From NCBI GenBank assembly GCA_902596925.1, contig CACJVT010000003.1, positions 29,903 to 93,902 of the forward strand: DNA of 64,000 nucleotides, read 5' to 3'. Below, piece after piece: positions 1-9,970 of the stretch (position 1 is the stretch's first letter; every line of letters starts with the position of its first letter). The notes under the pieces were generated by a model, which saw nothing but the letters and a program-made list of their open reading frames with translations, was not told where the DNA came from and ran no database searches. The stretch is from an uncultured Pelagibacteraceae bacterium (GTDB lineage Bacteria; Pseudomonadota; Alphaproteobacteria; Pelagibacterales; Pelagibacteraceae). Made by a program: the position numbers and the translations under genes.

Positions 1-83
1 CAAATGGTGTAACAGGTGAAATCCACTACGTAGATGCTGGGTATAATAAGGTTGGTATGCCAGATCCCAAAAATATTAGTTAA
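1..83 (+). CDS. fabI: Enoyl-ACP reductase, 3' end only (gene begins before the window)
   Basis: Manual translation from position 3 gives NGVTGEIHYVDAGYNKVGMPDPKNIS*, matching the FabI C-terminal motif (GVTGE.HYVD.GY). TAA at 81-83. Confidence 0.85.
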   Translation, partial: NGVTGEIHYVDAGYNKVGMPDPKNIS

Positions 84-92
84 TTTTTAAAT

Positions 93-212
93 ATGGAAAT
101 TTTTATTTTCTTAATTTGTTTAATATTTGTGGTTTATTATTTATTCAGACCTACCTCTAAAAAAGAAAAAGACCAATTTGATGATAAAAATAATTGGCGA
201 GGTGGGTTTTAA
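93..212 (+). CDS. Small single-pass membrane protein (39 aa), not in the ORF track
   Basis: Manual translation MEIFIFLICLIFVVYYLFRPTSKKEKDQFDDKNNWRGGF*. Hydrophobic N-terminal 18 aa with a charged tail. It fills the gap between the fabI stop (83) and the pnp stop (216). Confidence 0.65.
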   Translation: MEIFIFLICLIFVVYYLFRPTSKKEKDQFDDKNNWRGGF

Positions 213-215
213 TTT

Positions 216-2288
216 TTATTTATCAGCTTGTTTAATTGAAAGCTTTACTTTACCTCTATCAAAGCCAATTACTTTTACTTTTACTTGATCACCTTCTTTT
301 ACAACATCTGTAACTTTTGCTACTCTTTTATCCGCAAGTTCAGAAATATGGACAAGTCCATCTTGTTTGCCTAAGAAATTTACAAACGCGCCAAATTCCA
401 TAATTTTCATTACTTTGCCTGAATAAACTTTATTCAATTCAGCTTTAGCAGTGATGTCTTTAATCATTTGCATAGCAATATTTCTAGCCTCTTCATCTGG
501 CGCAGCAACTGTCACTATACCTTCATCATTAACATCAACTTTTGCACCTGATTTTTCTACGATCTCTCTTATTGTAGCTCCACCTTTTCCGATCACAGCA
601 GCAATGTCTTTTTTATCAACAGAGATTTTTTCCATCTTCGGAGTATGTTTTCCAACATCTGATCTTGAAGCTGATAATGCTTTATTCATTTCACCTAAAA
701 TATGAATTCTTCCATCTTTAGCTTGATTTAATGCCTGTTCCATAATCTCAAATGTAATACCAGTGATTTTGATATCCATTTGAAGGGAAGTAATTCCATC
801 TTTAGTTCCAGCTACTTTAAAATCCATATCACCAAGATGATCTTCATCACCTAAAATATCTGATAAAACGCTGAACTCATCACCCTCTTTAATTAATCCC
901 ATCGCAATACCAGCAACTGGTTCTTTTATTGGAACACCTGCGTCCATTAATGCAAGTGATGTCCCACAAACTGTAGCCATTGATGAGGAGCCGTTAGATT
1001 CTGTAATTTCTGAAACAACTCTAAACGTATAAGGGAATGCCTCAGTAGACGGTAGTGAAGAATGAATTGCTCTCCATGCTAATTTACCGTGTCCTATTTC
1101 TCTTCTACCAGTTCCTATTCTGCCTGTTTCACCAACTGAAAAAGGTGGAAAGTTGTAGTGAAGCATAAATCTTTCCCTTTGCAATCCATCTAAGCTTTCA
1201 ATTCTTTGTTCATCATCTGAGGTTCCTAAAGTTGCTGTTACTATTGCTTGCGTTTCTCCCCTAGTAAACAAAGCTGAACCATGCGTTCTTGGTAAAATTC
1301 CAACCTCGCATGAGATAGGTCTAACATCAGATAAACCCCTTCCATCAATTCTATTTTTATTTTTTAAAATATCTGTTCTGACAATAGATTTTTCGATTTT
1401 TTTAAGTTCAGAGTTAACATCGAGATCAGTATAATTTTCATCTTCCTCATAAAGCTTTTTAGCTTTATCAGTGATCTCTGAAATTTGGTTTGATCTATCT
1501 TGTTTATCTCTGGTCGCAAAAGCTTTTTTAAGATCTTCAGTAAATGTTCCCTCAAGTTTTTTCTTCACTTCCGAAAGATCTTTCTTTTCAACAGTCCATT
1601 CAGGTTTTCTACATTCTTTTGCAAGTTCCTCAATCATTTCAATTACAGGAACAAAACCCTCATGACCAAATTTAACTGCATTTAACATCTCTTCCTCTGT
1701 TAAACCACTTGCTTCAGACTCAACCATTAGCACAGCATCTTTTGTGCCTGCCACAACTAAATCTAATTTTGATTTTTCTAAATCAGTCTTTGATGGGTTC
1801 AAAACATACTTGCCATCAATATAACCAACTCTAGAAGCTCCTACAGGTCCCATAAATGGCATACCTGAAATTGCTAATGCTGCTGAAGAGGCTATTATAG
1901 ATAAAATATCAGCTTCATTTTCTTTATCATAAGAAATTACAGTTGGTAACAACTGAACTTCATTTTTAAATTCATCTGGGAATAATGGTCTAATAGGTCT
2001 GTCAATTAATCTTGAAATTAACGTTTCACTTTCAGTTGGCCTTGCCTCTCTTTTGAAATATCCACCTGGAATTTTTCCAGCTGCATAATACTTTTCTTGA
2101 TAGTTCACAGATAATGGAAAATAATCCATATCTGGATTTACTTTTTTTGCTCCCACCACTGTCGCTAAAACAACTGTTTCCTCACATGTTGCTATTACTG
2201 CTCCGTCTGCCTGTCTTGCTACTTTACCTGTTTCTAAACTTATCTTCTTTCCTGCTACTTCAATTTCCTTCTTATATACTTTAAACAT
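216..2288 (-). CDS. pnp: Polyribonucleotide nucleotidyltransferase (PNPase)
   Basis: Two RNase PH domains ([31 protein letters not shown]), then KH and S1 domains. Lies downstream of rpsO. Confidence 0.99.
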   Translation of the reverse strand: MFKVYKKEIEVAGKKISLETGKVARQADGAVIATCEETVVLATVVGAKKVNPDMDYFPLSVNYQEKYYAAGKIPGGYFKREARPTESETLISRLIDRPIRPLFPDEFKNEVQLLPTVISYDKENEADILSIIASSAALAISGMPFMGPVGASRVGYIDGKYVLNPSKTDLEKSKLDLVVAGTKDAVLMVESEASGLTEEEMLNAVKFGHEGFVPVIEMIEELAKECRKPEWTVEKKDLSEVKKKLEGTFTEDLKKAFATRDKQDRSNQISEITDKAKKLYEEDENYTDLDVNSELKKIEKSIVRTDILKNKNRIDGRGLSDVRPISCEVGILPRTHGSALFTRGETQAIVTATLGTSDDEQRIESLDGLQRERFMLHYNFPPFSVGETGRIGTGRREIGHGKLAWRAIHSSLPSTEAFPYTFRVVSEITESNGSSSMATVCGTSLALMDAGVPIKEPVAGIAMGLIKEGDEFSVLSDILGDEDHLGDMDFKVAGTKDGITSLQMDIKITGITFEIMEQALNQAKDGRIHILGEMNKALSASRSDVGKHTPKMEKISVDKKDIAAVIGKGGATIREIVEKSGAKVDVNDEGIVTVAAPDEEARNIAMQMIKDITAKAELNKVYSGKVMKIMEFGAFVNFLGKQDGLVHISELADKRVAKVTDVVKEGDQVKVKVIGFDRGKVKLSIKQADK

Positions 2289-2330
2289 TTCATTTCCATT
2301 TCGTTTCGTTCCATTCCGTTCTATCTATCT
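2286..2330 (-). repeat. Degenerate pentamer tandem repeat (RAAYG x7) in the rpsO-pnp spacer
   Basis: Minus strand reads GATAGATA GAACG GAATG GAACG AAACG AAATG G AAATG AAATG, with the last ATG being the pnp start. Confidence 0.75.
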
Positions 2331-2336
2331 TGACTT

Positions 2337-2585
2337 CTACTTTCTTAAATTCAATCTTGACAGTACATTTTTGTAAGAGTCCATCTTATTTTTCTTAAGA
2401 TAATCTAACAATTTTTTTCTTCTATTTACCGCTCTCAACAACCCAACTGAGGAATGTTTGTCTTTATTAAATTGTTTAATATGTTTAGAGAGAGTTTCAA
2501 TTTTGTCCGTAAGCAAGGCAATTTGGACTTCGGAAGACCCAGTGTCTTTATCGTGCATTGCTAGTTCTCGTGCTTTTTTGTTCAT
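2337..2585 (-). CDS. rpsO: 30S ribosomal protein S15
   Basis: DTGSSEVQIALLT, HxKxxxKDxHSxxGLL motifs. Canonical position before pnp. Confidence 0.98.
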   Translation of the reverse strand: MNKKARELAMHDKDTGSSEVQIALLTDKIETLSKHIKQFNKDKHSSVGLLRAVNRRKKLLDYLKKNKMDSYKNVLSRLNLRK

Positions 2586-2597
2586 TTTTTGCTTTTC

Positions 2598-2966
2598 CTA
2601 TTTATTTGTTTGTTTTATTAAGTTTTCAATTTTTTCTGCATACTCAAATGACTCGTCTTTCCTAAAAAGTAATCTAGGTAAAAATTTCATAACCACTTTT
2701 TGTGATAAAATTTTTCTTATCAAGAACGAGTATTCTTTCAAAATATTTACTGTTTCCTCTGCATCTTTGCCTCCTAATGGAAGGACATACGCTTTAGCAA
2801 TCTTTAAATCCGGGCTCATTCTTACTTCAGTTACTGTTATAGTATTTGTCTCTAAATTCGGCACTTTAGCCTCATTTCTTAAAAAAATCATGCTTAAAGA
2901 CTGCTTAATCATTTCTCCAACTCTTAGCTGTCTTTGAGATACTGGTTTACCTATTCGATCTGCCAT
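2598..2966 (-). CDS. rbfA: Ribosome-binding factor A
   Basis: RQLRVGE, ITVTEVRMSPDLKIA, PRLLFRKDESFEYA motifs. Follows infB. Confidence 0.97.
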   Translation of the reverse strand: MADRIGKPVSQRQLRVGEMIKQSLSMIFLRNEAKVPNLETNTITVTEVRMSPDLKIAKAYVLPLGGKDAEETVNILKEYSFLIRKILSQKVVMKFLPRLLFRKDESFEYAEKIENLIKQTNK

Positions 2967-5137
2967 TAAATTGACCTCTCTGTAGATGTAACACTAAAAG
3001 CTTCTATAGTGTCATTTTTTTGAAAATCCATATAATCTTTAAGGGTAATACCACATTCTTGACCACCACTAACCTGCTTGACTTGGTTTTTTTCTCTAAA
3101 TATTGAGGAAACCTTTCCTGTATAAATTATAGCACCATCTCTTATAATTCTTACTTCTGATGTGCTATTAATTTCTCCCTCAGTCACTTTTGACCCTGCT
3201 ACTTTGCCTGCTCCTGAAACTTTGAAAATTTCTAAAATTTGGGCTGTGCCTGTAATTTTCTCTTGTAAATCTGGTGATAATAATCCAGACATTTTTTTTT
3301 TAATATAATCTAAGACTTCATAAATTATGTTGTAAGAAGAAATTTTTATCTTTTCGTTTTCTGCAAGTTTTTTTGCTTCTTTGCTCGGCTTAACATTAAA
3401 TGCGATTAGTGCAGCATTTGATGCTTTTGCTAAGGTGACATCTGTTTCGGTTACCATGCCTATATCGGCTAAAATTATTTTTGGTTTTACCTCATCATGT
3501 TTAATTTGACTTATCGCGTTTTTAATTGCTTCTGAAGATCCATGCACGTCTGATTTTATTATTAGGTTAAGTTCTTTCGATAAATTATTTGAAAAAGCAG
3601 ACTCTTGCGTAGCAAATGACAAGGGATTTTTTCCCTCTTTATTTTCTTGAACTCTGTTTTCACTAAGTGTTTTAGCTTCTTTCTCAGTCTCTAAAACAAT
3701 AAAATCATCTCCTGCTTTTGATGCACCATTAATTCCTAAAATTTCTACTGGTGACGAAGGTGAGGCTACATCAACACTTTGACCCTTGTCGTTTATAATT
3801 GCTCTAACTTTTCCCCATTTTAAACCACTTACAAAAAAATCTCCTTTTTTAAGCATTCCACTTGTCACAATTATATTTGCAACTGGTCCCCTACCGGTAT
3901 CTATCTTTGATTCTAAAACAATACCGGTTGCTTTAGACTGAAAATCAGTTTTAAGATCTAATATTTCGGCCTGCAAAACTATTGACTCAACTAATTTATC
4001 TAAATTTTTTTTTGTCTTAGTTGATATTTCGACCATTAAAGTATCGCCAGATAAGTCTTCAGCAATTAATTCATGTTCCAATAGCTGATTCTTTATCTTT
4101 TGTGGATCAGCTTCTGGTAGATCACATTTGTTTATTGCTACTACAATTGGAACATTGGCTGCTTTAGCATGTTTAATTGACTCTACAGTTTGAGGTTTTA
4201 CGCCATCATCTGCTGCAACAACTAATACAACTAAGTCAGTTAATTTTGATCCTCTTGCTCTCATCTCTGTAAAGGCTGCGTGACCTGGAGTATCTATAAA
4301 AGTTAATTTATTTCCTTGGCTTTCTATTTGATAAGCTCCTATGTGTTGTGTAATTCCACCAAATTCTCCTGAAACAACATTTGCACTTCTTAAAACATCT
4401 AGCACAGAAGTTTTTCCATGATCAACGTGTCCCATGACAGTAACAATTGGTGGTCTATTTTTTAAATTTTCAGTTCTTGAAGCTTTGATTTTTTGAATTA
4501 TTTCCTCTGCTTTCTCTTCTCTTATTGGATTATGTCCAAATTCTTTAACTAAATATTCAGCTGTGTCTGCGGCAAGTGTTTGGTTAATTGTTACTGTAAC
4601 ACCCATTCCAAATAAATGTTTGATTACATTACTTGATTGCTCAGCCATTTTATTTGCCAATTCTCTTACAGTAATAGCCTCAGGTATATTAACATCTCTT
4701 TTTACGGGTTTAAGATTATCTTTACTTTTATCTTTGTTTTGATTTTTATTTTCTTTTTCTCTTGCTCTCTTAACAGAAGCTAAACTTCTCTCTCTTGCCT
4801 CAATCTCATCACTTAATGCCCGAGAAACTGTTAGCTTAACTTCTCTTTTTTTTGTGCCTGATTTTAGCTTCTTATCTTTTGTGCTTGCATCATCTTTAAG
4901 TCTTTTGGTAGCTCTTTGTTCTGCAAGTTTTCTTTTTTCAAAATCGTTTGGATTAATTTGAGCTTTTGTTGAAAACTTTGTTTTGTTAGGCCTAAATGAA
5001 CTTCCTTTTTTAGCGAACTTGTTATGTGATTTATCAATTACAACAGAATGTTTTCCTTGAGATTTTGTTGTTTCAAAATTCTTAAAAGATTTTTTTGGCT
5101 TTCCAGAGATTGTTAATTTTAATTTTTTGTTTTCCAT
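2966..5137 (-). CDS. infB: Translation initiation factor IF-2
   Basis: RPPIVTVMGHVDHGKT, GGITQHIGAY, FIDTPGHAAF, VAINKCD GTPase motifs. Confidence 0.99.
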   Translation of the reverse strand: MENKKLKLTISGKPKKSFKNFETTKSQGKHSVVIDKSHNKFAKKGSSFRPNKTKFSTKAQINPNDFEKRKLAEQRATKRLKDDASTKDKKLKSGTKKREVKLTVSRALSDEIEARERSLASVKRAREKENKNQNKDKSKDNLKPVKRDVNIPEAITVRELANKMAEQSSNVIKHLFGMGVTVTINQTLAADTAEYLVKEFGHNPIREEKAEEIIQKIKASRTENLKNRPPIVTVMGHVDHGKTSVLDVLRSANVVSGEFGGITQHIGAYQIESQGNKLTFIDTPGHAAFTEMRARGSKLTDLVVLVVAADDGVKPQTVESIKHAKAANVPIVVAINKCDLPEADPQKIKNQLLEHELIAEDLSGDTLMVEISTKTKKNLDKLVESIVLQAEILDLKTDFQSKATGIVLESKIDTGRGPVANIIVTSGMLKKGDFFVSGLKWGKVRAIINDKGQSVDVASPSSPVEILGINGASKAGDDFIVLETEKEAKTLSENRVQENKEGKNPLSFATQESAFSNNLSKELNLIIKSDVHGSSEAIKNAISQIKHDEVKPKIILADIGMVTETDVTLAKASNAALIAFNVKPSKEAKKLAENEKIKISSYNIIYEVLDYIKKKMSGLLSPDLQEKITGTAQILEIFKVSGAGKVAGSKVTEGEINSTSEVRIIRDGAIIYTGKVSSIFREKNQVKQVSGGQECGITLKDYMDFQKNDTIEAFSVTSTERSI

Positions 5138-5147
5138 AAGTCATCAC

Positions 5148-6701
5148 TCAATCTTTATAGGCTATTTCTCTAGCTGACATAATTAGATTATCCGCTTCTT
5201 CTTTTGATAATGCAAAATCTTCAAGATAGCCCTCTATTTTTACTTTTGAACCTCTCACAATATCATATCCACCAGTCAACTCATCAGAAGCTAAATCAGC
5301 AAAATTCTCTAACGTTAATATTTTTTTTTCTCCCAGTGTTACTAACATTCCTGGTGTCATACCCTTTAATTTAATTAAAGACTCCTCTAGACCAAGCTCT
5401 TTTATTCTTTTCGAGATATCTTCTTGATCTCTCTCATGAAATTCTTTTGCTCTTTCAATTAATGCTTTTGCTGTGTCCTCTTCGATACCTTCTATCTTCA
5501 GTAAGTTTTCTGTTGAACTATCTTTAATATCATCAATTGTTGAAAAACCTTCAGCTACAAGTAATTGCCCTAAGGTTTCATCTAATTCAAGATTTTTAAC
5601 AAAATTTTCAGTTTTTTCCTTAAACTCAATCTGTCTTTTCTCCGAATCCTCCTGATCAGTCATTATATTGATTTCGTAATTTAAAAGTTTTGTTGCCAAT
5701 CGAACATTTTGTCCCCTTCTTCCAATCGCTTTACTTAAATTTTCTTCAGTTAATATAACATCTAGTTTTTTTCTTTCTGTATCAACATTAACTCTGAGCA
5801 CATCAGCTGGAGAAAGAGCGTTCGAGACTAAAATTCCTGGATCTTCCGACCAATTCACGATATCAATTTTTTCACCTTGAAGTTCATTAACCACTGCTTG
5901 GACTCTTGAACCTCTCATTCCTACACACGCTCCAACAGGATCTAATGAAGTGTCAACCGCTTTAACACAGATTTTTGCTCTGCTTCCTGGATCTCTTGAA
6001 GAAGATTTAATTTCTATAAGACCATCATATATTTCTGGGACTTCCTGTATAAACAACTTTTCCATAAACTTTGGGTGTGCTCTAGACAAAAATATTTGTT
6101 GTCCGCGTTGTTCTCTTCTTACATCAAAACAATATGCTTTTATTCTATCTCCAGCTTTAATGATTTCTCTTGGTATAAGCTCATTCTTTTGAATAATAGC
6201 TTCTGTTCTTCCCAGATCGACTATCACATTGCCAAATTCTAATCTTTTTACTATTCCGCTTAATATACTATCTTTTTTATCTATAAATTCATTAAATTGT
6301 CTATCTCGCTCAGCATCTCTTACATTTGAACTAATTACCTGTTTAGCTATTTGGGCTGCAATACGACCAAAATCAAATGAAGGTAGTGGCTGCAATATTT
6401 CATCTCCAACTGATTTATCTTTGTTACTATCATTGAGATTGATGGCATCCTCAAGTTTGATTTCTGTATTAGAATTTTCTGGATTTTCTGAAATTATTAA
6501 TTTCCTAAAAATTTCAATGTTCCCATTATCTCTATCTATCAAAACTTTTATTTCATTTTCTTGACCAAATTTAGATTTAGCGGCTTTAGCAATCCCAATC
6601 TCCATTGAACTAATAATAAGTTCTTTATCAATTGACTTCTCTAATGCAACAGCTTCAGCGATTCTTAACAATTCTAATTTATCAGCTCTTTTGTTTAACA
6701 T
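5148..6701 (-). CDS. nusA: Transcription termination/antitermination factor NusA
   Basis: S1 and KH domains (RDPGSRAK, GACVGMRGSRVQAV, AIGRRGQNVRLA) plus C-terminal acidic repeats. Start moved from 6740 to ATG 6701 (MLNKRADK...), which follows a GGAG RBS. The 13 extra residues in the track are the translated terminator. Confidence 0.97.
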   Translation of the reverse strand: MLNKRADKLELLRIAEAVALEKSIDKELIISSMEIGIAKAAKSKFGQENEIKVLIDRDNGNIEIFRKLIISENPENSNTEIKLEDAINLNDSNKDKSVGDEILQPLPSFDFGRIAAQIAKQVISSNVRDAERDRQFNEFIDKKDSILSGIVKRLEFGNVIVDLGRTEAIIQKNELIPREIIKAGDRIKAYCFDVRREQRGQQIFLSRAHPKFMEKLFIQEVPEIYDGLIEIKSSSRDPGSRAKICVKAVDTSLDPVGACVGMRGSRVQAVVNELQGEKIDIVNWSEDPGILVSNALSPADVLRVNVDTERKKLDVILTEENLSKAIGRRGQNVRLATKLLNYEINIMTDQEDSEKRQIEFKEKTENFVKNLELDETLGQLLVAEGFSTIDDIKDSSTENLLKIEGIEEDTAKALIERAKEFHERDQEDISKRIKELGLEESLIKLKGMTPGMLVTLGEKKILTLENFADLASDELTGGYDIVRGSKVKIEGYLEDFALSKEEADNLIMSAREIAYKD

Positions 6702-6713
6702 ATTTTTGTTTGC

Positions 6714-6743
6714 TCCAAAAAAAAATGGGCAAAGGCCCATTTT
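6714..6743 (-). terminator. Intrinsic terminator/attenuator directly upstream of the nusA RBS
   Basis: Minus strand AAAATGGGC-CTTT-GCCCATTTT, with the T run totalling 9 T and followed at once by GGAG. Confidence 0.8.
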
Positions 6744-6766
6744 GTAAATTTCAACAATGTAACTGA

Positions 6767-6794
6767 AATATAGTAAAGTTTTTTTTTAATTCAA
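6767..6794 (-). promoter_or_regulatory. Candidate sigma70 promoter for nusA
   Basis: TTGAAT (6794-6789), 16-nt spacer, TATATT (6772-6767), lying between the metK stop and the hairpin. Confidence 0.5.
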
Positions 6795-6800
6795 CAGAAA

Positions 6801-7970
6801 CTATTTTGAAAAAATGCCTGTTTTATCAGTTTTTTCCCAAGAAAATGAGCCATTACTTTCCACCATTCTGCCAAAATGACCGTAGGCAGCAGTTTTTTCA
6901 TATATAGGTTTATTTAGATCTAACATTTCTCTAATTCCTCTTGGACTTAAATCGAAATTTTCCTCTATCTTTTTGACAACAAATCTATTTTTATCCAAGT
7001 CATTATCAAACAAGTTTACGTAAATTGATAAAGGTTTAGAAACTCCAATTGCATAAGCTAATTGAATCAAACATTTTTCTGCAATTTTAGAACTAACGAT
7101 ATTTTTTGCAATATATCTTGCTGCATAGGCTGCAGATCTATCAACTTTTGTTGGATCTTTTCCAGAAAAGGCACCACCACCGTGAGGTGCTGCTCCACCA
7201 TATGTATCAACTATAATTTTTCTGCCCGTTAAACCGCAGTCGCCATCGGGGCCGCCAATTACAAAATTGCCGGTTGGATTGACATAAAATTCATCTTCAT
7301 TAAATTCTTTAAGAAAATTTTTAGGTATAGACTTTAACAAATATGGTCTTAACAAATCTCTGACTTGTGCTTGATTTATATCAGCTGAATGTTGAGAAGA
7401 AATAACAACAGATTTTACTTTTGACGGTTTACCTTCAATATATTCAAATGTTACTTGGCTTTTAGAGTCTGGTTCTATATTTTTAAGTTTTCCTAATTTT
7501 CTATCATCAGCCATTAATCTTAATATCTTATGAGAATAATGAATCGGTGCTGGCATTAATTCGTCAGTTTCATTACATGCATATCCAAACATAATACCTT
7601 GATCTCCGGCTCCCTCATCTTTATTTCCACTAGAGTCGACACCCATAGCAATATCAGTAGATTGGGAATGTAAATGACTTTCGATTTTAGTTGCTTCTCT
7701 CCAGGTAAACCCATCTTGATCATAGCCAATATCTTTAATACAGGCTCTAACTTTTTCAATTAATTCATCTTTTTTAATTTCAGGCCCTCTAACCTCACCT
7801 GCTAAAACAACTTTATTAGTAGTGGTTAACGTTTCACAAGCTACTCTAGAATACGGATCTCCAGAAATATAAGTATCAACAACCATATCTGAAATTCTAT
7901 CAGATACTTTATCTGGATGTCCTTCAGAAACAGATTCGCTTGTAAAAAGATAGTTTTTTAAATCACTCAT
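6801..7970 (-). CDS. metK: S-adenosylmethionine synthetase
   Basis: [51 protein letters not shown]. Likely start is ATG 7970, overlapping the lnt stop. Confidence 0.99.
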   Translation of the reverse strand: MSDLKNYLFTSESVSEGHPDKVSDRISDMVVDTYISGDPYSRVACETLTTTNKVVLAGEVRGPEIKKDELIEKVRACIKDIGYDQDGFTWREATKIESHLHSQSTDIAMGVDSSGNKDEGAGDQGIMFGYACNETDELMPAPIHYSHKILRLMADDRKLGKLKNIEPDSKSQVTFEYIEGKPSKVKSVVISSQHSADINQAQVRDLLRPYLLKSIPKNFLKEFNEDEFYVNPTGNFVIGGPDGDCGLTGRKIIVDTYGGAAPHGGGAFSGKDPTKVDRSAAYAARYIAKNIVSSKIAEKCLIQLAYAIGVSKPLSIYVNLFDNDLDKNRFVVKKIEENFDLSPRGIREMLDLNKPIYEKTAAYGHFGRMVESNGSFSWEKTDKTGIFSK

Positions 7971-9507
7971 TTTCAATTCTATTAAATGAAAATATTAAAA
8001 AAATATACAATAAAATTACTATTGTAAAAATTTTGTTTCCATATTTTGAAAATATTGTTGACTCTATTTTTTTTGTTTCAAATAAATCAACAAAACCGGA
8101 TTGATTTAAATCAACTTGTTTTTCAACAACTCCCAAGGGATTAACTATTGCGGCTATTCCGTTATTAGCAGATCTTAAAACATATTTGCCACTTTCAATG
8201 GCTCTATAAATACTGTGCACAAAATGTTGATGAGGACCTATAGACTGACCAAACCAACCATCTTCGGAAATATTTATAATAAAATCAAAATCTCTGTTAT
8301 TAAAAATATTTCCGCTATAAATTATTTCATAACAAATAAGTGGTAATAGTCTTACTGAAAAATTAATTTTATTCACTTCTATGATATTTCTTTTTTCTCC
8401 TCTTGAATAAGATTGATAATTATTAGTGATTGTCTTTAGTCCTATAAGGCTCAGCATTTTTTCAAAGGGTAAAAACTCACCAAAGGGAACTAGATTAACT
8501 TTGTTGTATGAACTTAATATTTCGAGGTTGTGGTTATAAATTGTAAATGAGTTAAAATATTTTATAATTTGACCTTCTTTTTTTATATCATTAATCCCAA
8601 TTGATAATATGTGATTTTCATTGAACTCATTCTCAAATAAAAATTTGTATTCCTTTAATTGATCTTTTGAAATGTCGGGTAATATACCCTCAGGCCAAAT
8701 AAAAATCGTTTTTTCATTTTTTTGTGGAGAACTGATTTTAATAAGATCATTGATTACTGAAATAGGATCGGTATCGTTATAAAATCTATCAATACTAACA
8801 TTAGAGCTTATAACTCTTAGTTTATAATCTAATGTATTAGCCTTGATATTGTTGAATTTTTCTAATCGTTGAGATCCAAAGAAATAAAAAGATAAAGTTA
8901 TTATGAAAAATAAAATACAAACAATAATTTCTTTTTTAGTATCTCTAAAGATTAAAAATGACGTGCTAGCAAAAAGAGAAATACAAAAAAGATTAAAACT
9001 ATAAGTACCAATAATTGAAGTAATACTTAAAATTTCAATATGGTTAGAAAAACTATAAGCAATTAAATTCCATGGAAACCCAGTCATTATTGTTCCTCTA
9101 ATGAATTCAGTTGTCCCAAATATTAGAGAAAAAAGAAAAAAAGAGCTTAAATTTTTCTTTGGCTTCAGGATTAAAAATAAAAATGAGGCTAAACCATAAA
9201 ATAAAGCTAAAAAAGCTGGAACCAAAACTATACTTAGAGGAATCAAAAACTTAAAGCTTTCATCAAAAGTTAATGATATCGAAATCCAATAAAGATTACT
9301 TGTAAAATATCCAAGTCCAAATAACCAACCATAGAGGAAAAATAACTTTTTATTTTTACTTACCTCAAAGATTTTTATCAAGAGAATATAAAATAAACCA
9401 AAAGTTAAAAAATTAATTAGGATATAATTAAATGGGGGCAAACTAAATGATGAAAAGGTGCCTAGTAAAATTAAAATAATTGATTCAATATAAATTTTTT
9501 TTTTCAA
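7963..9507 (-). CDS. lnt: Apolipoprotein N-acyltransferase
   Basis: Multi-TM N-terminus with GFPWN, then nitrilase triad motifs [23 protein letters not shown]. Confidence 0.96.
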   Translation of the reverse strand: MKKKIYIESIILILLGTFSSFSLPPFNYILINFLTFGLFYILLIKIFEVSKNKKLFFLYGWLFGLGYFTSNLYWISISLTFDESFKFLIPLSIVLVPAFLALFYGLASFLFLILKPKKNLSSFFLFSLIFGTTEFIRGTIMTGFPWNLIAYSFSNHIEILSITSIIGTYSFNLFCISLFASTSFLIFRDTKKEIIVCILFFIITLSFYFFGSQRLEKFNNIKANTLDYKLRVISSNVSIDRFYNDTDPISVINDLIKISSPQKNEKTIFIWPEGILPDISKDQLKEYKFLFENEFNENHILSIGINDIKKEGQIIKYFNSFTIYNHNLEILSSYNKVNLVPFGEFLPFEKMLSLIGLKTITNNYQSYSRGEKRNIIEVNKINFSVRLLPLICYEIIYSGNIFNNRDFDFIINISEDGWFGQSIGPHQHFVHSIYRAIESGKYVLRSANNGIAAIVNPLGVVEKQVDLNQSGFVDLFETKKIESTIFSKYGNKIFTIVILLYIFLIFSFNRIENE

Positions 9508-9508
9508 A

Positions 9509-9970
9509 TTAATTTATTTTAGATTTTACATGCTTATATATAAAATTTTCTTCTCTTAACATTTTAAAATAATCTTTATTCTTTATATGATTAAAACCTA
9601 AAAGGTGAAGAAAACCATGAATAAAAATTTTAATAGTTTTTTGTTTAAATAACTCTAAATCCTGAGTTTTAGGCTTATTTAAATAATTATAACTAATTAT
9701 AATATCTCCTAAATACATATTTTTTGAAAATTTAATTTTTTTATTGAATGGAAAAGATAAAATATCGGTAGATTTATTTTTATTTCTAAAATTTTTATTT
9801 AATTTTTTAATATTTTTATTATTAGAAAGTAGTAAGCTAAATAATACTTTTTTGTTTGAAAATTGATATTTCTTTGGAAAAGCTCTACATATTTTTTTAA
9901 AAAAAATATCTGAATTTTTGAGTCTTTTTGACCACGCCTTCTCCTCAGAGAAGACACTAACTTTTATCAT
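9509..9970 (-). CDS. ybeY: rRNA maturation endoribonuclease YbeY
   Basis: TDILSFP, LGDIIIS and the HGFLHLLGFNH metal-binding motif. Sits between phoH and lnt. Confidence 0.95.
   Translation of the reverse strand: MIKVSVFSEEKAWSKRLKNSDIFFKKICRAFPKKYQFSNKKVLFSLLLSNNKNIKKLNKNFRNKNKSTDILSFPFNKKIKFSKNMYLGDIIISYNYLNKPKTQDLELFKQKTIKIFIHGFLHLLGFNHIKNKDYFKMLREENFIYKHVKSKIN

Noticed and set aside
6702-6740. 13-aa N-terminal extension of NusA (MGLCPFFFGANKN) given by the ORF track
   Set aside because: It is the translated terminator hairpin and U-tract. The GGAG RBS points to ATG 6701.
6741-6800. Possible tRNA (metY-like) or riboswitch near metK/nusA
   Set aside because: The gap is too short and AT-rich for a cloverleaf. 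metK's 5' end overlaps lnt, leaving no leader for a SAM riboswitch.
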